A stretch of DNA of 42,317 bases, counting the filler, from Yuukianura sp. NJ FZ-2021 (Eukaryota), in assembly GCA_046563655.1 (NCBI GenBank). It is 2 parts of 2 records of this genome, joined end to end, with 100 filler letters (N's around TTAATTAATTAA, not from the genome) between each part and the next. Parts side by side here need not be neighbours in the genome. Positions count along the whole stretch, not along the records: positions 1 to 25,000 come from JAJCTO010000021.1; 1 more part is not named here. The stretch is one strand, 5' to 3'. The stretch's first letter is position 1; each line of letters opens with the position of its first letter. The position numbers were made by a program, and so were the translations under genes. The notes under the pieces were generated by a model that saw only the letters and a list, made by a program, of their open reading frames with translations, had not been told where the DNA came from and made no database searches. This document shows, one piece after another, positions 9,559 through 25,000 of this stretch.

Positions 9559-12500
9559 GTTGCTGTGTCGTCCCTCATCTCGTGACCCTTTATTTATGAA
9601 AATTTGTGTCGAAACAAATCATTCAAAAAAACCTCCACGCGGAGCGATGCCGGGTGAAAATGAGTAACTTTTCTGAAATCCTCCTGAAAAGTACTACAGG
9701 AACCCAAGTTTAATTGGCGTGGATAGATCGCAATTAAATCTGGTTAGAGCGTACTTAAAAGTCTGAATGAAACGCTCAACTTCGGATTTTATCTCGGGTT
9801 GGAATACGGCACCCAGGGCAATGTCGAGCACCATTTTGACACAAAACGACTTAAATTTGTGAGAGTAAACATGCAAATGTGAGAATGAACAGAAAGTAAA
9901 TTTCATTTTTGAAATCCTCATAATAAGTGCTACAGGAACCCACTTTCACTTGCTGTGTCGTCCATCATCTTGTTACCTTTATTTATGAAAATTCATGTTT
10001 CAAAACAAAGAATTCAAAAGAAATGCATTCCGGAACGATGCTGGGTAAAAGTCAACTATATTTTTGGAATCCTCATAAAAAGTGCTACAGGAACCCACGT
10101 TCATTTGCTGTGTCGTCCCTCATCTCGTGACCCTTTTCTTATGAAAATTTGTTTCAAAACAAATCAATCGAAAAACCTCCACGAGGAGCGATGACGGGCG
10201 AAAATGAGTTACTTTTTTGAAATCCTCCTGAAAAGTACTACAGGTACCCACGTTCAGTAGCTGTGTCGTCCCTCATCTCGTGACCCTTTATTTATGAAAA
10301 TTTGTGTCGAAACAAATCATTCAAAGAAACCTCCACGCGGAGCGATGCCGGGTGAAAATGAGTAACTTTTCTGAAATCCTCCTGAAAAGTACTACAGGAA
10401 CCCAAGTTTAATTGGCGTGGATAGATCGCAATTAAATCTGGTTAGAGCGTACTTAAAAGTCTGAATGAAACGCTCAACTTCGGATTTTATCTCGGGTTGG
10501 AATACGGCACCCAGGGCAATGTCGAGCACCATTTTGACACAAAACGACTTAAATTTGTGAGAGTAAACATGCAAATGTGAGAATGAACAGAAAGTAAATT
10601 ACATTTTTGAAATCCTCATAAAAAGTGCTACAGGAACCCACTTTCACTTGCTGTGTCGTCCATCATCTTGTTACCTTTATTTATGAAAATCCATGTTTCA
10701 AAACAAAGAATTCAAAAGAAATGCATTCCGGAACGATGCTGGGTAAAAGTCAACTATATTTTTGGAATCCTCATAAAAAGTGCTACAGGAACCCACGTTC
10801 ATTTGCTGTGTCGTCCCTCATCTCGTGACCCTTTATTTATGAAAATTTGTGTCGAAACAAATCATTCAAAGAAACCTCCACGCGGAGCGATGCCGGGTGA
10901 AAATGAGTAACTTTTCTGAAATCCTCCTGAAAAGTACTACAGGAACCCAAGTTTAATTGGCGTGGATAGATCGCAATTAAATCTGGTTAGAGCGTACTTA
11001 AAAGTCTGAATGAAACGCTCAACTTCGGATTTTATCTCGGGTTGGAATACGGCACCCAGGGCAATGTCGAGCACCATTTTGACACAAAACGACTTAAATT
11101 TGTGAGAGTAAACATGCAAATGTGAGAATGAACAGAAAGTAAATTTCATTTTTGAAATCCTCATAAAAAGTGCTACAGGAACCCACTTTCACTTGCTGTG
11201 TCGTCCATCATCTTGTTACCTTTATTTATGAAAATTCATGTTTCAAAACAAAGAATTCAAAAGAAATGCATTCCGGAACGATGCTGGGTAAAAGTCAACT
11301 ATATTTTTGGAATCCTCATAAAAAGTGCTACAGGAACCCACGTTCATTTGCTGTGTCGTCCCTCATCTCGTGACCCTTTTCTTATGAAAATTTGTTTCAA
11401 AACAAGTCAATCGAAAAACCTCCACGAGGAGCGATGACGGGCGAAAATGAGTTACTTTTTTGAAATCCTCCTGAAAAGTACTACAGGTACCCACGTTCAG
11501 TTGCTGTGTCGTCCCTCATCTCGTGACCCTTTATTTATGAAAATTTGTGTCGAAACAAATCATTCAAAGAAACCTCCACGCGGTGCGATGCCGGGTGAAA
11601 ATGAGTAACTTTTCTGAAATCCTCCTGAAAAGTACTACAGGAACCCAAGTTTAATTGGCGTGGATAGATCGCAATTAAATCTGGTTAGAGCGTACTTAAA
11701 AGTCTGAATGAAACGCTCAACTTCGGATTTTATCTCGGGTTGGAATACGGCACCCAGGGCAATGTCGAGCACCATTTTGACACAAAACGACTTAAATTTG
11801 TGAGAGTAAACATGCAAATGTGAGAATGAACAGAAAGTAAATTTCATTTTTGAAATCCTCATAAAAAGTGCTACAGGAACCCACTTTCACTTGCTGTGTC
11901 GTCCATCATCTTGTTACCTTTATTTATGAAAATTCATGTTTCAAAACAAAGAATTCAAAAGAAATGCATTCCGGAACGATGCTGGGTAAAAGTCAACTAT
12001 ATTTTTGGAATCCTCATAAAAAGTGCTACAGGAACCCACGTTCATTTGCTGTGTCGTCCCTCATCTCGTGACCCTTTTCTTATGAAAATTTGTTTCAAAA
12101 CAAGTCAATCGAAAAACCTCCACGAGGAGCGATGACGGGCGAAAATGAGTTACTTTTTTGAAATCCTCCTGAAAAGTACTACAGGTACCCACGTTCAGTT
12201 GCTGTGTCGTCCCTCATCTCGTGACCCTTTATTTATGAAAATTTGTGTCGAAACAAATCATTCAAAGAAACCTCCACGCGGAGCGATGCCGGGTGAAAAT
12301 GAGTAACTTTTCTGAAATCCTCCTGAAAAGTACTACAGGAACCCAAGTTTAATTGGCGTGGATAGATCGCAATTAAATCTGGTTAGAGCGTACTTAAAAG
12401 TCTGAATGAAACGCTCAACTTCGGATTTTATCTCGGGTTGGAATACGGCACCCAGGGCAATGTCGAGCACCATTTTGACACAAAACGACTTAAATTTGTG

Positions 12501-15500
12501 AGAGTAAACATGCAAATGTGAGAATGAACAGAAAGTAAATTACATTTTTGAAATACTCATAAAAAGTGCTACAGGAACCCACTTTCACTTGCTGTGTCGT
12601 CCATCATCTTGTTACCTTTATTTATGAAAATCCATGTTTCAAAACAAAGAATTCAAAAGAAATGCATTCCGGAACGATGCTGGGTAAAAGTCAACTATAT
12701 TTTTGGAATCCTCATAAAAAGTGCTACAGGAACCCACGTTCATTTGCTGTGTCGTCCCTCATCTCGTGACCCTTTATTTATGAGAATTTGTGTCGAAACA
12801 AATCATTCAAAGAAACCTCCACGCGGAGCGATGCCGGGTGAAAATGAGTAACTTTTCTGAAATCCTCCTGAAAAGTACTACAGGAACCCAAGTTTAATTG
12901 GCGTGGATAGATCGCAATTAAATCTGGTTAGAGCGTACTTAAAAGTCTGAATGAAACGCTCAACTTCGGATTTTATCTCGGGTTGGAATACGGCACCCAG
13001 GGCAATGTCGAGCACCATTTTGACACAAAACGACTTAAATTTGTGAGAGTAAACATGCAAATGTGAGAATGAACAGAAAGTAAATTTCATTTTTGAAATC
13101 CTCATAAAAAGTGCTACAGGAACCCACTTTCACTTGCTGTGTCGTCCATCATCTTGTTATCTTTATTTATGAAAATTCATGTTTCAAAACAAAGAATTCA
13201 AAAGAAATGCATTCCGGAACGATGCTGGGTAAAAGTCAACTATATTTTTGGAATCCTCATAAAAAGTGCTACAGGAACCCACGTTCATTTGCTGTGTCGT
13301 CCCTCATCTCGTGACCCTTTTCTTATGAAAATTTGTTTCAAAACAAATCAATCGAAAAACCTCCACGAGGAGCGATGACGGGCGAAAATGAGTTACTTTT
13401 TTGAAATCCTCCTGAAAAGTACTTCAGGTACCCACGTTCAGTAGCTGTGTCGTCCCTCATCTCGTGACCCTTTATTTATGAAAATTTGTGTCGAAACAAA
13501 TCATTCAAAGAAACCTCCACGCGGAGCGATGCCGGGTGAAAATGAGTAACTTTTCTGAAATCCTGCTGAAAAGTACTACAGGAACCAAAGTTTAATTGGC
13601 GTGGATAGATTGCAATTAAATCTGGTTAGAGCGTGCTTAAAAGTCTGAATGAACCGCTCAAAAACGGATTTTATCTCGGGTTGGAATACGGCACCCAGGG
13701 CAATGTCGAGCACCATTTTGACACAAAACGACTTAAATTTGTGAGAGTGAACATGCAAATGTGAAAATGAACAGAAAGTAAATTACATTTTTGAAATCCT
13801 CATAAAAAGTGCTACAGGAACCCACTTTCACTTGCTGTGTCGTCCATCATCTTGTTACCTTTATTTATGAAAATCCATGTTTCAAAACAAAGAATTCAAA
13901 AGAAATGCATTCCGGAACGATGCTGGGTAAAAGTCAACTATAGTTTTGGAATCCTCATAAAAAGTGCTACAGGAACCCACGTTCATTTGCTGTGTCGTCC
14001 CTCATCTCGTGACCCTTTATTTATGAAAATTTGTGTCGAAACAAATCATTCAAAAAAACCTCCACGCGTAGCGATGCCGGGTGAAAATGAGTAACTTTTC
14101 TGAAATCCTCCTGAAAAGTACTACAGGAACCCAAGTTTAATTGGCGTGGATAGATCGCAATTAAATCTGGTTAGAGCGTACTTAAAAGTCTGAATGAAAC
14201 GCTCAACTTCGGATTTTATCTCGGGTTGGAATACGGCACCCAGGGCAATGTCGAGCACCATTTTGACACAAAACGACTTAAATTTGTGAGAGTAAACATG
14301 CAAATGTGAGAATGAACAGAAAGTAAATTTCATTTTTGAAATCCTCATAAAAAGTGCTACAGGAACCCACTTTCACTTGCTGTGTCGTCCATCATCTTGT
14401 TACCTTTATTTATGAAAATTCATGTTTCAAAACAAAGAATTCAAAAGAAATGCATTCCGGAACGATGCTGGGTAAAAGTTATTTATATTTTTGGAATCCT
14501 CATAAAAAGTGCTACAGGAACCCACGTTCAGTTGCTATGTCGTCCCTCATCTCGTGACCCTTTTTTATGAAAATTTGTTTCAAAACAAATCAATCGAAAA
14601 ACCTCCACGCGGAGCGATGCCGGGCGAAAATGAGTTACTTTTCTGAAATCCTGCTGAAAAGTACTACAGGAACCAAAGTTTAATTGGCGTGGATAGATTG
14701 CAATTAAATCTGGTTAGAGCGTACTTAAAAGTCTGAATGAAACGCTCAACTTCGGATTTTATCTCGGGTTGGAATACGGCACCCAGGGCAATGTCGAGCA
14801 CCATTTTGACACAAAACGACTTAAATTTGTGAGAGTGAACATGCAAATGTGAGAATGAACAGAAAGTAAATTACATTTTTGAAATCCTCATAAAAAGTGC
14901 TACAGGAACCCGCTTTCACTTGCTGTGTCGTCCATCATCTTGTTACCTTTATTTATGAAAATTCATGTTTCAAAACAAAAAATTCAAAAGAAATGCATTC
15001 CGGAACGATGCTGGGTAAAAGTCAACTATACTTTTGAAATCCTCATAAAAAGTGCTACAGGAACCCACGTTCAGTTGCTGTGTCGTCCCTCATCTCGTGA
15101 CCCTTTTTTTATGAAAATTTGTTTCAAAACAAAGAATTCAAAAAACCTCCACGCGGAGCGATGCCGGGCGAAAATGAGTTACTTTTCTGAAATCCTGCTG
15201 AAAAGTACTACAGGAACCAAAGTTTAATTGGCGTGGATAGATTGCAATTAAATCTGGTTAGAGCGTACTTAAAAGTCTGAATGAAACGCTCAACTTCGGA
15301 TTTTATCTCGGGTTGGCATACGGCACCCAGGGCAATGTCGAGCACCATTTTGACACAAAACGACTTAAATTTGTGAGAGTGAACATGCAAATGTGAGAAT
15401 GAACAGAAAGTAAATTACATTTTTGAAATCCTCATAAAAAGTGCTACAGGAACCCACTTTCACTTGCTGTGTCGTCCATCATCTTGTTACCTTTATTTAT

Positions 15501-18500
15501 GAAAATTCATGTTTCAAAACAAAAAATTCAAAAGAAATGCATTCCGGAACGATGCTGGGTAAAAGTCAACTATATTATTGAAATCCTCATAAAAAGTGCT
15601 ACAGGAACCCACTTTCACTTGCTGTGTCGTCCATCATCTTGTTACTTTATTTATGAAAATTCATGTTTCAAAACAAAGAATTCAAAAGAAATGCCATTCC
15701 GGAACGATGCTGGGTAAAAGTCATTTATATTTTTGGAATCCTCATAAAAAGTGCTACAGGAACCCACGTTCAGTTGCTGTGTCGTCCCTCATCTCGTGAC
15801 CCTTTTTTTATGAAAATTTGTTTCAAAACAAAGAATTCAAAAGAAATGCATTCCGGAACGATGCTGGGTAAAAGCCATTTATATTTTTGGAATCCTCATA
15901 AAAAGTGCTACAGGAACCCACGTTCAGTTGCTGTGTCGTCCCTCATCTCGTGACCCTTTTTTATGAAAATTTGTTTCAAAACAAATCAATCGAAAAACCT
16001 CCACGCGGAGCGATGCCGGGCGAAAATGAGTTACTTTTTTGAAATCCTCCTGAAAAGTACTACAGGAACCCACGTTCATTTGCTGTGTCGTCCCTCATCT
16101 CGTGACCCTTTATTTATGAAAATTTGTGTCGAAACAAATCATTCAAAGAAACCTCCACGCGGAGCGATGCCGGGTGAAAATGAGTAACTTTTCTGAAATC
16201 CTCCTGAAAAGTACTACAGGAACCCAAGTTTAATTGGCGTGGATAGATCGCAATTAAATCTGGTTAGAGCGTACTTAAAAGTCTGAATGAAGCGCTCAAC
16301 TTCGGATTTTATCTCGGGTTGGAATACGGCACCCAGGGCAATGTCGAGCACCATTTTGACACAAAACGACTTAAATTTGTGAGAGTAAACATGCAAATGT
16401 GAGAATGAACAGAAAGTAAATTTCATTTTTGAAATCCTCATAAAAAGTGCTACAGGAACCCACTTTCACTTGCTGTGTCGTCCATCATCTTGTTATCTTT
16501 ATTTATGAAAATTCATGTTTCAAAACAAAGAATTCAAAAGAAATGCATTCCGGAACGATGCTGGGTAAAAGTCAACTATATTTTTGGAATCCTCATAAAA
16601 AGTGCTACAGGAACCCACGTTCATTTGCTGTGTCGTCCCTCATCTCGTGACCCTTTTCTTATGAAAATTTGTTTCAAAACAAGTCAATCGAAAAACCTCC
16701 ACGAGGAGCGATGACGGGCGAAAATGAGTTACTTTTTTGAAATCCTCCTGAAAAGTACTACAGGTACCCACGTTCAGTTGCTGTGTCGTCCCTCATCTCG
16801 TGACCCTTTATTTATGAAAATTTGTGTCGAAACAAATCATTCAAAGAAACCTCCACGCGGAGCGATGCCGGGTGAAAATGAGTAACTTTTCTGAAATCCT
16901 CCTGAAAAGTACTACAGGAACCCAAGTTTAATTGGCTTGGATAGATCGCAATTAAATCTGGTTAGAGCGTACTTAAAAGTCTGAATGAAACGCTCAACTT
17001 CGGATTTTATCTCGGGTTGGCATACGGCACCCAGGGCAATGTCGAGCACCATTTTGACACAAAACGACTTAAATTTGTGAGAGTGAACATGCAAATGTGA
17101 GAATGAACAGAAAGTAAATTACATTTTTGAAATCCTCATAAAAAGTGCTACAGGAACCCACTTTCACTTGCTGTGTCGTCCATCATCTTGTTACCTTTAT
17201 TTATGAAAATTCATGTTTCAAAACAAAAAATTCAAAAGAAATGCATTCCGGAACGATGCTGGGTAAAAGTCAACTATATTTTTGAAATCCTCATAAAAAG
17301 TGCTACAGGAACCCACTTTCACTTGCTGTGTCGTCCATCATCTTGTTACCTTTATTTATGAAAATTCATGTTTCAAAACAAAGAATTCAAAAGAAATGCA
17401 TTCCGGAACGATGCTGGGTAAAAGTCATTTATATTTTTGGAATCCTCATAAAAAGTGCTACAGGAACCCACGTTCAGTTGCTGTGTCGTCCCTCATCTCG
17501 TGACCCTTTTTTTATGAAAATTTGTTTCAAAACAAAGAATTCAAAAGAAATGCATTCCGGAACGATGCTGGGTAAAAGCCATTTATATTTTTGGAATCCT
17601 CATAAAAAGTGCTACAGGAACCCACGTTCAGTTGCTGTGTCGTCCCTCATCTCGTGACCCTTTTTTATGAAAATTTGTTTCAAAACAAATCAATCGAAAA
17701 ACCTCCACGCGGAGCGATGCCGGGCGAAAATGAGTTACTTTTCTGAAATCCTCCTGAAAAGTACTACAGGAACCCACGTTCATTTGCTGTGTCGTCCCTC
17801 ATCTCGTGACCCTTTATTTATGAAAATTTGTGTCGAAACAAATCATTCAAAGAAACCTCCACGCGGAGCGATGCCGGGTGAAAATGAGTAACTTTTCTGA
17901 AATCCTCCTGAAAAGTACTACAGGAACCCAAGTTTAATTGGCGTGGATAGATCGCAATTAAATCTGGTTAGAGCGTACTTAAAAGTCTGAATGAAGCGCT
18001 CAACTTCGGATTTTATCTCGGGTTGGAATACGGCACCCAGGGCAATGTCGAGCACCATTTTGACACAAAACGACTTAAATTTGTGAGAGTAAACATGCAA
18101 ATGTGAGAATGAACAGAAAGTAAATTTCATTTTTGAAATCCTCATAAAAAGTGCTACAGGAACCCACTTTCACTTGCTGTGTCGTCCATCATCTTGTTAT
18201 CTTTATTTATGAAAATTCATGTTTCAAAACAAAGAATTCAAAAGAAATGCATTCCGGAACGATGCTGGGTAAAAGTCAACTATATTTTTGGAATCCTCAT
18301 AAAAAGTGCTACAGGAACCCACGTTCATTTGCTGTGTCGTCCCTCATCTCGTGACCCTTTTCTTATGAAAATTTGTTTCAAAACAAAGTCAATCGAAAAA
18401 CCTCCACGAGGAGCGATGACGGGCGAAAATGAGTTACTTTTTTGAAATCCTCCTGAAAAGTACTACAGGTACCCACGTTCAGTTGCTGTGTCGTCCCTCA

Positions 18501-21500
18501 TCTCGTGACCCTTTATTTATGAAAATTTGTGTCGAAACAAATCATTCAAAGAAACCTCCACGCGGAGCGATGCCGGGTGAAAATGAGTAACTTTTCTGAA
18601 ATCCTCCTGAAAAGTACTACAGGAACCCAAGTTTAATTGGCGTGGATAGATCGCAATTAAATCTGGTTAGAGCGTACTTAAAAGTCTGAATGAAACGCTC
18701 AACTTCGGATTTTATCTTGGGTTGGCATACGGCACCCAGGGCAATGTCGAGCACCATTTTGACACAAAACGACTTAAATTTGTGAGAGTGAACATGCAAA
18801 TGTGAGAATGAACAGAAAGTAAATTACATTTTTGAAATCCTCATAAAAAGTGCTACAGGAACCCACTTTCACTTGCTGTGTCGTCCATCATCTTGTTACC
18901 TTTATTTATGAAAATTCATGTTTCAAAACAAAAAATTCAAAAGAAATGCATTCCGGAACGATGCTGGGTAAAAGTCAACTATATTATTGAAATCCTCATA
19001 AAAAGTGCTACAGAAACCCACTTTCACTTGCTGTGTCGTCCATCATCTTGTTACCTTTATTTATGAAAATTCATGTTTCAAAACAAAGAATTCAAAAGAA
19101 ATGCATTCCGGAACGATGCTGGGTAAAAGTCATTTATATTTTTGGAATCCTCATAAAAAGTGCTACAGGAACCCACGTTCAGTTGCTGTGTCGTCCCTCA
19201 TCTCGTGACCCTTTTTTTATGAAAATTTGTTTCAAAACAAAGAATTCAAAAGAAATGCATTCCGGAACGATGCTGGGTAAAAGCCATTTATATTTTTGGA
19301 ATCCTCATAAAAAGTGCTACAGGAACCCACGTTCAGTTGCTGTGTCGTCCCTCATCTCGTGACCCTTTTTTTATGAAAATTTGTTTCAAAACAAATCAAT
19401 CGAAAAACCTCCACGCGGAGCGATGCCGGGCGAAAATGAGTTACTTTTTTGAAATCCTCCTGAAAAGTACTACAGGAACCCACGTTCATTTGCTGTGTCG
19501 TCCCTCATCTCGTGACCCTTTATGAAAATTTGTGTCGAAACAAATCATTCAAAGAAACCTCCACGCGGAGCGATGCCGGGTGAAAATGAGTAACTTTTCT
19601 GAAATCCTCCTGAAAAGTACTACAGGAACCCAAGTTTAATTGGCGTGGATAGATCGCAATTAAATCTGGTTAGAGCGTGCTTAAAAGTCTGAATGAACCG
19701 CTCAAAAACGGATTTTATCTCGGGTTGGAATACGGCACCCAGGGCAATGTCGAGCACCATTTTGACACAAAACGACTTAAATTTGTGAGAGTGAACATGC
19801 AAATGTGAAAATGAACAGAAAGTAAATTACATTTTTGAAATCCTCATAAAAAGTGCTACAGGAACCCACTTTCACTTGCTGTGTCGTCCATCATCTTGTT
19901 ACCTTTATTTATGAAAATTCCATGTTTCAAAACAAAGAATTCAAAAGAAATGCATTCCGGAACGATGCTGGGTAAAAGTCAACTATAGTTTTGGAATCCT
20001 CATAAAAAGTGCTACAGGAACCCACGTTCATTTGCTGTGTCGTCCCTCATCTCGTGACCCTTTATTTATGAAAATTTGTGTCAAAACAAATCATTCAAAA
20101 AAACCTCCACGCGTAGCGATGCCGGGTGAAAATGAGTAACTTTTCTGAAATCCTCCTGAAAAGTACTACAGGAACCCAAGTTTAATTGGCGTGGATAGAT
20201 CGCAATTAAATCTGGTTAGAGCGTACTTAAAAGTCTGAATGAAACGCTCAACTTCGGATTTTATCTCGGGTTGGAATACGGCACCCAGGGCAATGTCGAG
20301 CACCATTTTGACACAAAACGACTTAAATTTGTGAGAGTAAACATGCAAATGTGAGAATGAACAGAAAGTAAATTTCATTTTTGAAATCCTCATAAAAAGT
20401 GCTACAGGAACCCACTTTCACTTGCTGTGTCGTCCATCATCTTGTTACCTTTATTTATGAAAATTCATGTTTCAAAACAAAGAATTCAAAAGAAATGCAT
20501 TCCGGAACGATGCTGGGTAAAAGTTATTTATATTTTTGGAATCCTCATAAAAAGTGCTACAGGAACCCACGTTCAGTTGCTATGTCGTCCCTCATCTCGT
20601 GACCCTTTTTTATGAAAATTTGTTTCAAAACAAATCAATCGAAAAACCTCCACGCGGAGCGATGCCGGGCGAAAATGAGTTACTTTTCTGAAATCCTGCT
20701 GAAAAGTACTACAGGAACCAAAGTTTAATTGGCGTGGATAGATTGCAATTAAATCTGGTTAGAGCGTACTTAAAAGTCTGAATGAAACGCTCAACTTCGG
20801 ATTTTATCTCGGGTTGGAATACGGCACCCAGGGCAATGTCGAGCACCATTTTGACACAAAACGACTTAAATTTGTGAGAGTGAACATGCAAATGTGAGAA
20901 TGAACAGAAAGTAAATTACATTTTTGAAATCCTCATAAAAAGTGCTACAGGAACCCGCTTTCACTTGCTGTGTCGTCCATCATCTTGTTACCTTTATTTA
21001 TGAAAATTCATGTTTCAAAACAAAAAATTCAAAAGAAATGCATTCCGGAACGATGCTGGGTAAAAGTCAACTATACTTTTGAAATCCTCATAAAAAGTGC
21101 TACAGGAACCCACGTTCAGTTGCTGTGTCGTCCCTCATCTCGTGACCCTTTTTTTATGAAAATTTGTTTCAAAACGAATCAATCGAAAAACCTCCACGCG
21201 GAGCGATGCCGGGCGAAAATGAGTTACTTTTCTGAAATCCTGCTGAAAAGTACTACAGGAACCAAAGTTTAATTGGCGTGGATATATTGCAATTAAATCT
21301 GGTTAGAGCGTACTTAAAAGTCTGAATGAAACGCTCAACTTCGGATTTTATCTCGGGTTGGAATACGGCACCCAGGGCAATGTCGAGCACCATTTTGACA
21401 CAAAACGACTTAAATTTGTGAGAGTGAACATGAAAATGTGAGAATGAACAGAAAGTAAATTACATTTTTGAAATCCTCATAAAAAGTGCTACAGGAACCC

Positions 21501-24500
21501 ACTTTCACTTGCTGTGTCGTCCATCATCTTGTTACCTTTATTTATGAAAATTCATGTTTCAAAACAAAAAATTCAAAAGAAATGCATTCCGGAACGATGC
21601 TGGGTAAAAGTCAACTATATTATTGAAATCCTCATAAAAAGTGCTACAGGAACCCACTTTCACTTGCTGTGTCGTCCATCATCTTGTTACTTTATTTATA
21701 AAAATTTATGTTTCAAAACAAAGAATTCAAAAGAAATGCATTCCGGAACGATGCTGGGTAAAAGTCATTTATATTTTTGGAATCCTCATAAAAAGTGCTA
21801 CAGGAACCCACGTTCAGTTGCTGTGTCGTCCCTCATCTCGTGACCCTTTTTTTATGAAAATTTGTTTCAAAACAAAGAATTCAAAAGAAATGCATTCCGG
21901 AACGATGCTGGGTAAAAGCCATTTATATTTTTGGAATCCTCATAAAAAGTGCTACAGGAACCCACGTTCAGTTGCTGTGTCGTCCCTCATCTCGTGACCC
22001 TTTTTTATGAAAATTTGTTTCAAAACAAATCAATCGAAAAACCTCCACGCGGAGCGATGCCGGGCGAAAATGAGTAACTTTTCTGAAATCCTCCTGAAAA
22101 GTACTACAGGAACCCAAGTTTAATTGGCGTGGATAGATCGCAATTTAATCTGGTTAGAGCGTACTTAAAAGTCTGAATGAAACGCTCAACTTCGGATTTT
22201 ATCTCGGGTTGGAATACGGCACCCAGGGCAATGTCGAGCACCATTTTGACACAAAACGACTTAAATTTGTGAGAGTAAACATGCAAATGTGAGAATGAAC
22301 AGAAAGTAAATTTCATTTTTGAAATCCTCATAAAAAGTGCTACAGGAACCCACTTTCACTTGCTGTGTCGTCCATCATCTTGTTATCTTTATTTATGAAA
22401 ATTCATGTTTCAAAACAAAGAATTCAAAAGAAATGCATTCCGGAACGATGCTGGGTAAAAGTCAACTATATTTTGGAAATCCTCATAAAAAGTGCTACAG
22501 GAACCCACGTTCATTTGCTGTGTCGTCCCTCATCTCGTGACCCTTTTCTTATGAAAATTTGTTTCAAAACAAGTCAATCGAAAAACCTCCACGAGGAGCG
22601 ATGACGGGCGAAAATGAGTTACTTTTTTGAAATCCTCCTGAAAAGTACTACAGGTACCCACGTTCAGTTGCTGTGTCGTCCCTCATCTCGTGACCCTTTA
22701 TTTATGAAAATTTGTGTCGAAACAAATCATTCAAAGAAACCTCCACGCGGAGCGATGCCGGGTGAAAATGAGTAACTTTTCTGAAATCCTCCTGAAAAGT
22801 ACTACAGGAACCCAAGTTTAATTGGCGTGGATAGATCGCAATTAAATCTGGTTAGAGCGTACTTAAAAGTCTGAATGAAACGCTCAACTTCGGATTTTAT
22901 CTTGGGTTGGCATACGGCACCCAGGGCAATGTCGAGCACCATTTTGACACAAAACGACTTAAATTTGTGAGAGTGAACATGCAAATGTGAGAATGAACAG
23001 AAAGTAAATTACATTTTTGAAATCCTCATAAAAAGTGCTACAGGAACCCACTTTCACTTGCTGTGTCGTCCATCATCTTGTTACCTTTATTTATGAAAAT
23101 TCATGTTTCAAAACAAAAAATTCAAAAGAAATGCATTCCGGAACGATGCTGGGTAAAAGTCAACTATATTATTGAAATCCTCATAAAAAGTGCTACAGGA
23201 ACCCACTTTCACTTGCTGTGTCGTCCATCATCTTGTTACTTTATTTATAAAAATTTATGTTTCAAAACAAAGAATTCAAAAGAAATGCATTCCGGAACGA
23301 TGCTGGGTAAAAGTCATTTATATTTTTGGAATCCTCATAAAAAGTGCTACAAGAACCCACGTTCAGTTGCTGTGTCGTCCCTCATCTCGTGACCCTTTTT
23401 TTATGAAAATTTGTTTCAAAACAAAGAATTCAAAAGAAATGCATTCCGGAACGATGCTGGGTAAAAGCCATTTATATTTTTGGAATCCTCATAAAAAGTG
23501 CTACAGGAACCCACGTTCAGTTGCTGTGTCGTCCCTCATCTCGTGACCCTTTTTTATAAAAATTTTTTTCAAAACAAATCACACGAAAAACCTCCACGCG
23601 GAGCGATGCCGGGCGAAAATGAGTTACTTTTCTGAAATCCTCCTGAAAAGTACTACAGGAACCCACGTTCATTTGCTGTGTCGTCCCTCATCTCGTGACC
23701 CTTTATTTATGAAAATTTGTGTCGAAACAAATCATTCAAAGAAACCTCCACGCGGAGCGATGCCGGGTGAAAATGAGTAACTTTTCTGAAATCCTCCTGA
23801 AAAGTACTACAGGAACCCAAGTTTAATTGGCGTGGATAGATCGCAATTAAATCTGGTTAGAGCGTGCTTAAAAGTCTGAATGAACCGCTCAAAAACGGAT
23901 TTTATCTCGGGTTGGAATACGGCACCCAGGGCAATGTCGAGCACCATTTTGACACAAAACGACTTAAATTTGTGAGAGTGAACATGCAAATGTGAAAATG
24001 AACAGAAAGTAAATTACATTTTTGAAATCCTCATAAAAAGTGCTACAGGAACCCACTTTCACTTGCTGTGTCGTCCATCATCTTGTTACCTTTATTTATG
24101 AAAATCCATGTTTCAAAACAAAGAATTCAAAAGAAATGCATTCCGGAACGATGCTGGGTAAAAGTCAACTATAGTTTTGGAATCCTCATAAAAAGTGCTA
24201 CAGGAACCCACGTTCATTTGCTGTGTCGTCCCTCATCTCGTGACCCTTTATTTATGAAAATTTGTGTCGAAACAAATCATTCAAAAAAACCTCCACGCGT
24301 AGCGATGCCGGGTGAAAATGAGTAACTTTTCTGAAATCCTCCTGAAAAGTACTACAGGAACCCAAGTTTAATTGGCGTGGATAGATCGCAATTTAATCTG
24401 GTTAGAGCGTACTTAAAAGTCTGAATGAAACGCTCAACTTCGGATTTTATCTCGGGTTGGAATACGGCACCCAGGGCAATGTCGAGCACCATTTTGACAC

Positions 24501-25000
24501 AAAACGACTTAAATTTGTGAGAGTAAACATGCAAATGTGAGAATGAACAGAAAGTAAATTTCATTTTTGAAATCCTCATAAAAAGTGCTACAGGAACCCA
24601 CTTTCACTTGCTGTGTCGTCCATAATCTTGTTATCTTTATTTGTGAAAATTCATGTTTCAAAACAAAGAATTCAAAAGAAATGCATTCCGGAACGATGCT
24701 GGGTAAAAGTCAACTATATTTTTGGAATCCTCATAAAAAGTGCTACAGGAACCCACGTTCATTTGCTGTGTCGTCCCTCATCTCGTGACCCTTTTCTTAT
24801 GAAAATTTGTTTCAAAACAAGTCAATCGAAAAACCTCCACGAGGAGCGATGACGGGCGAAAATGAGTTACTTTTTTGAAATCCTCCTGAAAAGTACTACA
24901 GGTACCCACGTTCAGTTGCTGTGTCGTCCCTCATCTCGTGACCCTTTATTTATGAAAATTTGTGTCGAAACAAATCATTCAAAGAAACCTCCACGCGGAG
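9559..25000. repeat. Composite satellite of ~154-bp subunit variants and a ~236-bp subunit; higher-order units of ~545, 698, 851 and 1005 bp
   Basis: Every subunit ends in GAAATCCTC(A/C)T(A/G)AAAAGT(G/A)CTACAGG(A/T)ACC(C/A)A; the 236-bp subunit occurs 22 times, separated by 2-5 of the 154-bp subunits; array runs into the gap. Confidence 0.97.

Noticed and set aside
9559..25000. CRISPR-like array (constant ~32-bp motif plus spacers)
   Set aside because: Intervening segments are 120-200 bp and themselves repeated; no cas genes; eukaryotic spliced context.
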